Assembly: GCF_000143415.4 (NCBI RefSeq)
Contig: NW_003314459.1
Location: forward strand, 9,348 to 71,919
Direction: 5' to 3'
DNA from: Selaginella moellendorffii
Taxonomy: Eukaryota > Plantae > Lycopodiophyta
Length of the DNA stretch: 62,572 bases
In this document: positions 1-10,855 of the stretch, one piece after another
How positions within the stretch are numbered: the stretch's first letter is position 1
Layout: each line of letters begins with the position of its first letter
Translations under genes and position numbers: made by a program
The notes under the pieces: model-generated
Databases searched by the model: none
What the model saw: the letters and a program-made list of their open reading frames with translations, nothing else
Told to the model about the DNA's origin: nothing

Positions 1-922
1 TATATTATATTAAACCTTTCTATATACCATTCATGAATTTTCTGATATATTATAGTTCTAGCATAACCATTCATTTATCATCATAAAATTTCAGCATTCA
101 TAACAGTGCTATAAAGCCTTAATTATAAATATAAATACATGAATATAGGGAGATAATAATCTTATTTCAGATTTATAAAAACAACTACAGAAATAATGTT
201 TATGATATATAATAGAATACTTTCTATTTTAGATATTACTCTCAAAATGCATGAATATAAATATTAGGTAAAAAAGGAACATCAATGATAAATATGTAAA
301 ATATTATAATTTTATAAAAGAAAATATAACACATAAAGCTAACGTCTTTCACTTATTGTTATGCAATTCCAGAACTTTCAGTCTGAAATGATGAAAAGAG
401 AAACTCCATAACAATGTTTATATTTTTTAAATTTAAAAGATGTATGCACTTTAGGTGAGTTTTTAAATATATATTAAATATATTTTTAACATCATTATAA
501 TTGAGTGTACCTAAGTAACACATACTTTATTAAGAGGAGAAATTATATAGTTTAATAAATCATGAAATAATAAGATTTTTATCACTTATATAGAGATTTC
601 AAATAAAAGATAAAATTAGTTAATAAAAAATGACTCATCTGAGCATTGGATCCCACAGTGAGAAATTCCATTTATAGAATATCCAAGACTTCAGTCAACA
701 ATCAGAATTTTAAATATGATATAATGTACTGAGTTATATTTATTATGTTATGATGTTTGTTGGTAATGGAGTCAATTGTTGAAGATATTTTTAATATAAA
801 TATTATGTTATGTTTAACTATATATCTTATAATTATGATTATGTTAAAAATTACACTCTTTGAAATTATTAAAATATCAGAAATAAACACAATGCTCCCA
901 GCGTAGCTGGGACTTTTGCTAG
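1..922 (+). mobile_element. 3' end of a Helitron-like element (AT-rich subterminal module, hairpin, CTAG)
   Basis: Hairpin TCCCAGC-GTA-GCTGGGA at 896-912, then CTTTTG and CTAG at 919-922. The AT-rich module upstream recurs at ~30190-30640 and ~46600-47259. Confidence 0.85.
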
Positions 923-1124
923 TACTCCCTTATTTAAACGTGCTATTGGCATATGGCATCCGGCGTCTTTTATTCCATTTTTAGAATATTATTTATACAG
1001 TTCAAATTCAAAAACTTCAAATAGACGGCATAGATCAAGTGCCAAAGGGGTGGCAACGCTTCAATGTGATTTTAATGACGTTCCAAATCAAGGAAATTTT
1101 TAGGGCAGATTGTGAGCTGCAAGC

Positions 1125-1179
<55 letters not shown>

Positions 1180-3407
1180 ACTTGGCTGCAGGACTCTCCT
1201 TCCATGCTATAAGTTGGTATATGGAAGGTAAGCTTTTCTGGATTCCACTTCAGCCTCCATTGTTTGTTCTTGTGCGATGTCTTCAAATTCCAATGCCCTG
1301 GATTGAGCTGGCCATTGTGTACTATTCTTCTGTCAAAAGGAACATCCTAGAGAGGCGAGAACTGGCTGGTTTGCATGTGGTCAACAAGCTCAGCACTCCA
1401 TACCAGAGCACTGACGAGCATCCTGCAGAACCTTTTTATTTGCCAAGGACAGTGAGTTGCATATGCCAAGTTTGAAAAGAGCCAGGTGATACGTTCACCA
1501 TCAGCAGCTGATCAGGTTTAGGAGGTAAGTAACTCTCCTCAAGTGTGTTTGACAGGCTGTTTGTTTCCTTGGTCGTTTCAATAAAAAAAGAAAGTGGACT
1601 ATTGCAGGAAGAGGCTCTCCTTGGGTTCCATGAGAAAGCTCTGGAAATTAGCAGGTAACTCCTCAGGTTTTGTGTTCTTTCGGGTGATCTGATCTTGTCT
1701 CATGCCACTCAGGCCAGGAAGCACCCGGCACTGGCCGATGCAGTGGGTCAGCAATTAGAATTTATCTGCTTGACCCAGGGGGAAGGACTGGTAATTTTAT
1801 TTCATTTTGTATTTGTTCTTGCCTTGGTGAAAAGCTTAGTTTCAGTTGCTCAATCCTTGACGTGATTCCATCTGAATAGCATACCAATTTTCTTATGTGC
1901 CAGAACGTAGCTGGTTCAAACTGTTCTCAGCTGTGGTGAGTTGCTGATTCAATCTTTCAAAGTAACAGTAAAACCAAATGATGAACAGAATGTGGTAGAA
2001 GTTGCAAAATCCTGCAATCTCTTTAGGCGAGAGCTGGACGGAAATTGGGCTTGCTGGCCTTAGTGGCAGTGAAACCTTGGCGGCGCCAATGATAAAACTA
2101 CTGGACGAGGCCTTTTGTTGTCCTCCTCTTGTGAGTATGCCAGGCCAGCAAGGGAACGCTTGGATTCACTTGCAAACACAAGTACAGAACTCCAACATTC
2201 GTTCTTGCTTCCTCTTGGTATTGCTCTCATGTTTTCCATTGCTTTCACTAATGCTCTTTTTTATTAGTGTGGCTTTATAATGGAGACGGTCCTTCTCAGT
2301 CTGAATAACACCAATGATATTTGTCATTCATGAAGAAAGTAGCATTTATCTCGACAAACATCATTACTTTTGAGCTGAGTCCCAGTCCGAGTGAAGATGG
2401 CAGCGATGATCCAACAGCAATTCTATAATGCAAGCAGCCTGATCGAGGTGGGGCCTCTAGGATTGATGTTGGCATGGACACTTTTGCTGTGTCATCGAGC
2501 TCACCAGGTATGTGTGCCTTTACATTCTCAACTCCTTTCATTTGCTCACTTTGTGTATGTTTCAGAGAGAAAGATGACAAGTCATGTTTTTCTCGATCAA
2601 ATGAGTGAGGTAAGAGATGTCTCTTCCCTTTTGTGCCATTGTAAACTACACATCCAGTCTTGTGATTATTTTTACAAACTGCTGTGGCATTCAAGCTAAT
2701 GGCTCACAATCAATACAACTATTCTTTTTATTGTTATTGACTCTGATATCTTTGTGGCACTTTTCTTTCTCATTGATGTGGATCACTTACTGATGTTTGA
2801 TGTTTCTGTAGGAGAAAAGATGGATCGGAGAATGAAGATGTAAAAATGTGAAAATGAAGTAATCTCAGCACATAATAGTAAGGATTGCAGGTTTAATCAA
2901 CCTTAAACTCATGACACTATGTCCAGGTAATTTATGGTAAAGTAGAATATGTCGAATTCTAGAAAAAGTAGTTGTTCTTATTTGCAATGAATGAGCTTTT
3001 GGAGGTGCTTGTGTGTTTTACAGCCTGGTTTTCCTATTGCAGATCTCCCTTCTTATTCCCAGGAGTGGCAAAAAGGCTGGGATTTATTTATTTTGGTTCT
3101 TTTGATTGGAAACTCCTGAGATTCAGTGTTGAGCTCTAATAATGAAAGGCAGAGAATTTATGGTTGCCATATTCTTGCAGTGGGGATACAATCCTGAAAT
3201 TTTGTGTTTACAGTTTTGGAGCCGATCAAAATATCCGAAATTTCCCAACGAGGAGTGCACTGCCAATACAGCAGTGGTGCTCTCGAGTTATCGTCACTGG
3301 AGCCACTAATATGAACGTGACTGGCTGCTCAATTAATCAGACGCCATAGTTGAGTGCCAACGCTGTACCATTATGGGGTTCTTCCTCCTCTATCACTGGA
3401 AAGCAAC

Positions 3408-4410
3408 ATGGCAGTGACTGCTTTGCCGACATTCTCGAGATTTTTACACAAGTGGTACTATGAGCCGGTGCTAAAGCCGGGACAGCCTCCACTTCCACCG
3501 GGTCCGCTTGGATGCCCGTCTTTATCAACATGGCTGCTTTTCTCAGAGCCTTCAAGTCTGGATTACCATACTCTTTCATGGGTCACTTCTTGGTTTCAGG
3601 TATAATCGAGTGGGTTTTACAAGGCATTTCTGTTCTAGCAGCCCACCGTCCTGGTTGCCACAGGCATGCAAATTCGTGCTCTCCAAAGACAGCTTTGAGA
3701 CAGGATGGCCAAAGAGCGCTGTTGTGCTCATTGGACGAAATCTGTTTGCGAGATTAACTGAAGAGAGCTACTTGAAGCTCCAGAAGCTTACTGAGTCACT
3801 GTGAACAATCCCAAAGCTCTTAAGCAGTACGTGCCCCTACAACAGCATGCCTTGCAAGGTGGCCTACGGAGCATAAGATTGTTCTTCTTACCGAGATGAG
3901 AAGGGTAAGTGATGTTTACTTCCTGTCTGTCTTATTTTCTCGTTGATACTGGTTTTTTCTGATATGACAGTTCACGTATCTAACTGTCCTCTACATTTTA
4001 TATAGGAAAGACTCCAGTCTCGATGTGGATGAGATTTTCTCCTTGTACTACATTGTCAACCAAGGCATTCAGGCTTTCCCCATCAACTTCCCCAACACTG
4101 CCTACAACAAAGCCTTGAAGGTCCAAGCCATATGCATTGTCTTACATAGTTATGTGATGTTTTCCCATTCTCAGGCCAGGTGTAAGGTCATCAAGCTTAT
4201 CCAGGACCTGATCAACCAGCGAAGAGCTTCTAGAAAGACACAGGAAACAAGCATTCTTTTGTTGCTCATGGATGAGCTGGATGACAAAGGAGAGTCTCTG
4301 GAAGTGCTGAAATCATAGACATGCTCAACATGTACATAAACGCTGGTCACAACTCGATGGCTGATGGTTTTCTAAAGCAAAATCCTGATGTGCTCGAGAA
4401 AGTGAAGATA
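3408..4410 (+). pseudogene. CYP88A: Cytochrome P450 pseudogene fragment, CYP88A / ent-kaurenoic acid oxidase-like (N-terminus to I-helix)
   Basis: Pieces WYYEPVLKPGQPPLPPGPLG, NMAAFLRAFKSG, CKFVLSKDSFETGWPKSAVVLIG, QAFPINFPNTAYNKALK and DMLNMYINAGH match remembered KAO motifs (LPPGDLGWP..NMWSFLRAFKS; MYLNAGH). Frameshifts, stops and short introns; no heme-binding region. Confidence 0.8.
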
Positions 4411-4980
4411 AACATTTACAATTTCATACAAACTTTCCTTCATACAATCTTTCTTCTTTAGGTCACATCCAGACTATTCTGTAAAAGTTTCAAACTTCTG
4501 TAATTATAAAAGAAAAAGTATTCTACTGAATTGTACTTCATACAAGATGATATCCTATGTATTCTCATGCCTCCATTATTCTAATTCATCCCTGTCACTT
4601 CTGTATTTGGAAGGAAATGCTATTTATGAAAGCTCTGCATTTATGTTTACCCTTTGCTCCAATGGACCTAACGAAGACATGTTCAAGACAGATGCAAACT
4701 GGCAGGTATTCTTAAATAACCATAGAACTGCACATCATCTCTTTAAGGGAAATTTATAAGGTGCTTGTAAGGCTCTAAAGTGTTAACCTCCTCTGGATAT
4801 CTTTCAATAACAGAAAAAAACTTTTAAAACATGAATGGTACTTTTTCACTGCTTTATTGATGTTTTATGGTAGTCAAGTTACAACTTCTAGAATTCTACG
4901 AGCAGCATTTGAGGAATGTCTAGGGAATGAGAAACTGTAAGGTGTAGCATGATATTTTCTTGCTCTAATAAATATTTAAA

Positions 4981-5564
4981 TAGAAGCTGCCTGAGTTTGG
5001 ACTTTCTGGGAGGTCACCTAGCCTAGTACTATTCAAACCCAAGGACATTTAACCCTAAATATCCCAAGACCCTTAACCAATTAGAAAAGGGGGTGCACTT
5101 TTGTTCATGGGCCCTTTCCCTCTATATTTGAACTCTATGGATCGTTTCTCGAGTCGTTCTCTTCAGTTGTTTACAATCCACCATGCTTCCTTGCAAATTC
5201 ACGCCCTCATGAACGGAAGCTGAGAGCCACAGCTCTCCCAAGAGCCCTGCTCTCTTGACACCCTACCCCTCGAGTCGAGCCTAGCAAGAGCAAACTGGAC
5301 CAGCTAGATATCAATCAACTTGTGGTGTGATTCCCTTACCCAACCAACAGAGTCGGACCCGAGACCCCTCTGATACCAAATGTAAAGTCTTGAATTTGGA
5401 CTTCCCGAGAGGTCACCCAGCTCAGTACTATTCAAACCCAATGACGCTTAACCCCAAATATCCCAAGACCCTTAACCAATTGGAAAAGGATGTTCATGGG
5501 CCCTTTCCCTCTATATTTGAACCCTATGGATCGTTTCTCGAGTCGTTCTCTTCGGTTGTTTACA
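4981..5564 (-). mobile_element. Cassandra-type TRIM (short LTRs containing a 5S rRNA-like domain)
   Basis: Direct repeats at ~4981-5175 and 5381-5564; the latter has TGTAAA...TTTACA termini. Minus-strand PBS TGGTATCAGAG (5368-5378, tRNA-iMet type) lies 2 nt from that LTR. Purine-rich tract on the minus strand at 5176-5190. Non-coding interior of 205 bp. The left boundary is degraded and no TSD was found. Confidence 0.85.
5398..5453 (-). promoter_or_regulatory. 5S rRNA-derived pol III internal promoter domain in the TRIM LTR (second copy at 4999-5053)
   Basis: Reverse complement GGTTAAGCGTCATTGGGTTTGAATAGTACTGAGCTGGGTGACCTCTCGGGAAGTCC aligns by eye with plant 5S rRNA GTTAAGCGTGCTTGGGCGAGAGTAGTACTAGGATGGGTGACCTCCTGGGAAGTCC (A-box to C-box). 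Confidence 0.85.
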
Positions 5565-8500
5565 CCTTTGTGGCTTTGCTTAACTACAAACAAATGCTTA
5601 CAAGGTCAAAATGACACAAGGAGATATTCATAAAGATGTATTGTATTTTGCTATTTAGAGAAATCTTTGGAGATGTTTATATTCCAAACATGCAATTCTT
5701 AAGAACATCTCAAAAATATCATTATTTTTGTAGAAAACTCTCCTCTTGAAGACTTAAGAAAATTATTCTCACTCATAAAAATCCTCAACAAATATCACAC
5801 TTAAAATTAATATAAATCAAAGCTATATATGTGAATTGTAAGTTTTTTAAAGAAATTTATTTAAGAAATACTTTAAAGTATATATTATATGTTAATAATT
5901 ATATTATGTTATACTTTAAAAAGTAAAAATGTCATTATATTATTCTTGTATATTGTAATATGTTAGATCTAAGTTTATATATTTATTTTTATGTTCTTTA
6001 TAATGAACATACCAACAATAAAATTTAAGAGAATGAAGAATTTGAAACTTTATTCACAAATGATAATGTTGAAACAACAATACATATTATTTTAAAATAA
6101 AATAAAATTAAAATAAACTTTGTGAGTGCTTGGAATATGGAAAGGGAATACAGAAATGTGCATATGAATTAGCCCAAAAGTGAGTGGTCCAGATTGAAAC
6201 CAATCCGACATCTACCAAAATCCCACTACGCTAATATTAGTATACGGCATCATAGCCATACACTTGGGCCCTCACAATTTCAATTTTAATATCTTTTGAG
6301 AATATTATTATATTATATTAAATATAGTACTAAAAAAATATAATTATATAAATATGAATGTGCTAAATAGAAGTTTATAATAAAATTATTAATATTTCTT
6401 TTAATCTAAGTTTGTTTATAATAGTGTTCTCCTTTAGATAATTGTTGAATAGTAAGCATTTTTAAATAATCTAATAGTAATTTTATATTTAAATTAAACT
6501 TTCCAAGATTTTTAGCTATATATGATTTGAAATCCTTTGGTAAGACACAATCTTGCAGAATATTTTTAAAATTTTCAAAGTTCCTTAGAAATATTAAAAT
6601 TATAACTTCTAGCATGATATTACCTAAATATAATCCTAATGAACTGTAGTTTATAATTTTTAACTTTAAGGGTTACAATCTAGATATTTAATTTTAAAGT
6701 TGCTCTACTAATTTTTAACCTAAATCACTTTTCATGAGAATTTCATATAGACCAGTCTTTTTAATATATAAAATTTTATTTCTATTAAATTTCTTTCTTC
6801 TTATTCTAAGTTTTTCTTTCTCAAATATTTTTTCTCTTCATCATTTAATTTTTGTAGTAGTTATCTTATATATTATAAATTATAAAATGTGTTACATACA
6901 CTCGATCTATTAATAACTTATATTCTGGTTAGAAAGGTTTTACACATGTATTAATATTTTTTAAAAAATATCTAATATAAATATTTAATAAAATAGATTT
7001 TCTATCTTTACTAGCTGAGTTGTATTTTTCTCACAAATGTGACATATAATTTTACTCTATTTCGAAAACATTAACGTTTTTTATAAAATACTTAATTACC
7101 ATTTGAACTAACACGATATTTTCCTTATGCCTATGTATGGGTTGATATAATACAAAATTAAAACAAAAAATAAAGCTCATGTAAAGTTTTAAGACAAACC
7201 TGTACTAATGCTTTATAATAAAATTATGCATTCATGTCTCATTAATAACATGGTATTTAATATGGTATAAGCTATCTCATACATATTGAAAGATCAAATC
7301 CATTTCTTGATTATATCTTAGTTATATGAAGATTTAAAATAAAATAAAACAATAGTTATTAGCTGAAAGAATAACATAAAATTATAAATTATAACATTAC
7401 ACTAATGAGTTTGATAAAAATTATATTATATTAAAATATTCATAAGAACATATTCTACTATTATTGTGGATTTGTAAAGAAAGAAGATATATTTAAGAGT
7501 AAATTAAACTATTTTTATATATACTGAATCAATAAAAAATCAAACCAAAATCAAATAGTCTTATCTGAAAATAAATATTTAAAAAAATAAAAAATAATTA
7601 TGAGTTTAGGTGAATTTTCAGTAAGAGTATATTCAAAGAATAAAAAACAATATTTTATTATCTTCTGCATTATATTATTTAGCTTTATTTATCTAATAGA
7701 AATTTTACAAGTGATTTAAAAGTTAAATTAATCAGCTTGAAACTTACAATTTTATATTATGGATTACAACTATAAATTAATCTACACGATTATAATAATT
7801 TAACTTATGGATAGATTTAATTATGGTTTAATGTTTCATGAAAATAAATTAGTCACTTTTAATAAAAGAACATATATAAAAGAAAAACCCAAAATATGAA
7901 TAAAAATGAATAACATATGTTTCAAATTATTAGCTTGGATGGATCATTAGTAAGTTGTGGTAAAAATTATATGCTCTTTTGAAGAAGTCTCATTTTTGAA
8001 GTGTATTCTTGATGTTCCTACTGTTTGACCTCGGAAACAAAAGAAATCCACAAGAAAGTCCCATAGGATTTACTAGGTTAACATATTTGCATGATAGGGT
8101 TTTGAAGAAGATATCATCTAGGAAGTCATGTCACTAACTTGAGTGATGGCTAAATAAGAAATCAAAACTCAAACACTTACAGTTTTTTTTTTCTCAAGGA
8201 TATTTTTCTCATATGAAGTTCCCTTACTTTACTTTAATATAGCCCCTATTTCAAAATATATATTCTTGGTAACAGTTTTTCAATTTGGCTTTACTTGCTG
8301 GAATTAAGCTTAATAGTTGATAAACTACTTTGGAAAGGTATTCTTTTTTACTAAAGTGAACCTATGATAGAGGGTAAACATATCTCACAAGTGTGCTGCT
8401 AATATTATGTATTAATTGGAAGAAGGAATCATTGGCACAAGAGGGCATTCTTTTAGATTTGCAACTATAAAGAGTAAAAGGGTGTAATTGATGGGACAAG

Positions 8501-8989
8501 TGTTACTTCTTAGAGAGGAGTGAAACAAATATTCAGTAACAAATAATGACTTCCTAATGCACTATGTGCTCATCACATTTTATCCTATAACAACAGGTGT
8601 TTTATATAAGTTCAAGTACCAACTTAGCATAGTTGCTAGCACTTTTTGAAGTCAAAGGAATCCCTCCCTTTTCTAATAGCATTTAAAAAACAGAATGGCA
8701 CATGATAGCTGTAGCAATGAAACTCACAACTTCATAAACAATTCAAAAATATGGTATAGGGGATTGTCTTGATATATAAAACTTAGTCAACATAGTTTCC
8801 CATGATAAATTATTTCAATAGCTACAACAAATTAACACACCATTAGTTGTCATTGAATAAATATATGTCATTATTCTTGCAGACTATCAAGGAGTTAAAT
8901 AGATTGAATGCACTATTTGCATTAAATAAGGATGTCCACTGTGTTTAGCTTATATATGAATGCCCTTGAGAGTTTAATGTGGCATTAAA

Positions 8990-10475
8990 ACTTTTTGGAG
9001 ATCCATATAACTGACCACTTCATTCTCACAATAAAATCTGTGGAAGGTAGTCTGCATTGTAGTTAGATCTATTAGGGTCAAAATTTTCCATGAACCTGTC
9101 ATTCCTTGTGATCATCAAGGTATGCAGCACACAGCAAGACATGATGTTGTTCGCAAGGATGCCTAGATGTCCTCTAAATCCCTTCTAACCAAGCAATTTC
9201 CATTGCCTCTTTAAAATTCCAAAAGATTGCTTGACAACAATCCTCATAGAAGAATGAAAAAAGTTGTATTGCTCTTTGCCATGAAACTTGTTTGGATATA
9301 AGACCAAAACCAGTAAAGCACACTCTTATCCTCTGTCAGCAATGATATACAATGGAATGTCCCCAAACTCTGTATGGTACACTGGACCACATAAACACTT
9401 CTTCTCTATCTATGCCTTCTTCAAACCACTAGAATTCCAAACTTGTCTATCTGGAACACTACCTACTATCCTTATTGTTATGTAAAGGAATGAAGTCTTA
9501 CTGTCTACCACAACTTGAACTACCATTGAGTAGTACTTTTTTCCCTAGCATACCAATCTATTGCATCTTCTGATCCTCGGAGCTCGATTGCCATATGAGT
9601 GCAATCCATTGCACCACAACAATTTGGGAATCCATGCGATCTCTAAAAGCATGCTATAACTTCATTTATTCCCTCCTCATCTGCCAATGGATCATTAGTC
9701 CTTCTTGCTCAAACAATGAATACCTGAATCAGCATAGACAAGCTTGAGTGCATGAAGCCACTCTAAATGCATCACCAATTATTTTCCATGTGTCCCCGAA
9801 TGCCAAGCATTTCAAAGCAATATGCTTTGAAATAGCTAAATGCTACTTTGGTATTTTTGCCAAACCTGGAGGAGGCCTCCTAGCCAATTTTCGAGCAAGC
9901 TCGTCACAAAGAAAAGTGAATGTAGATACTAAAAAACTTCTCTGAATCTTTGTGGATTTATATAGAGAACCTAAAACTCTGTTTGATACCACTAGTGGAG
10001 ACTTCTTGGCTTGATGTAATCCACACTGATCAATAGCCCTAGGAGCTCCTTTTTAGTGATCACTTTTTCAATAAATGAAGTTGCAGTAGGACATGGCATA
10101 GAAAGCACTATAGCAATTGCTTCCTCCACCATTCGAATGAACAAAAGCTTTCTTGAAACTGGAACTAAGATCATGTCCTCCTCTAGAAAGAACAACTCTA
10201 CCAAATTTAAGTACCTCATCACAATTTCTACAACATGGGAAATGATTGCCAAAGAAGAATTGCCAAGCTATGGCATGCTATACACTCAATTTAGGGTAAA
10301 AAAAAATGGCACCCTAATCCATTATGATGTGGAAAAAAAGAAGCAGCCTTATGTGGCATATAAAAAAGAGGGTTACATGTAATGTAACCATTAAAAAACA
10401 AAGGAGGGGAAAGTTTTTTTTGGAGGGGAGGGGTGAGGAGAAATTTCCAGGTGGGTGGAGCATGGAACCCCACCC
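8990..10475 (-). mobile_element. Degenerate PIF/Harbinger transposon (DDE transposase pseudogene ~9070-9960, one putative TIR)
   Basis: Minus-strand fragments TFTFLCDEL, CLAFGDTWKIIGDAF, HGFPNCCGAMDCTH (9596-9636), LYIIADRG* and SCCVLHTL are Harbinger transposase motifs. Minus-strand TTA-GGGTGGGGTTCCATGCTC at 10478-10458 looks like TSD plus TIR. Other end not found. Confidence 0.8.
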
Positions 10476-10855
10476 TAAGGGAACTACTCCTTATTCACAT
10501 GGGTATAAATTAAAAATGCCTTGAGATGGAAAATGCTTTGTAGTCTATTGCTCAACCCCAATGAGCTTATAGAAGGTGATGAACCTGATCTAGAATGCCC
10601 AAATAATATACCAAATTGAGGAATATGATTAAGCCACCTTTTCATGTGTTGAATAATTCTTTTAAGATTTGAGTCCAAGCTTGTATTATTCTATTCCAGT
10701 AAACCATTTAAGAAATAGTGTTTGGTTGCAATCACTAAGTAAAAACTAAATAAACCAAGTGCTTGTTACATATTGAACCTAAGCAAGTTTTAATAAATTA
10801 TTCTCTTTTTAGAATTAGCATCTAACTATCCCAGCGGAGCTGGGTTCCCTGCTAG

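Larger units (their letters stand above)
923..10855 (+). mobile_element. Non-autonomous Helitron-like unit A1 (cargo: unknown exons, CYP88-like P450, Cassandra TRIM, Harbinger remnant)
   Basis: Starts TACTCCCTTATTTAAACG right after CTAG. (CT)n at 1137-1176. Ends with variant hairpin CCCAGC-GGA-GCTGGG (10830-10844) and CTAG (10852-10855). Near-identical second copy starts at 53724. Confidence 0.75.

Noticed and set aside
1180-3350. Functional genes in the A-unit 5' cargo
   Set aside because: Short ORFs whose frames differ between A1 and A2; no recognisable domain.
4999-5453. 5S rRNA genes
   Set aside because: Only the ~55-nt 3' portion is present, diverged and embedded in LTRs; not full 120-nt genes.
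5565-8000. MITE or satellite in the AT-rich stretch
   Set aside because: No convincing TIR/TSD pair or periodicity found by eye.
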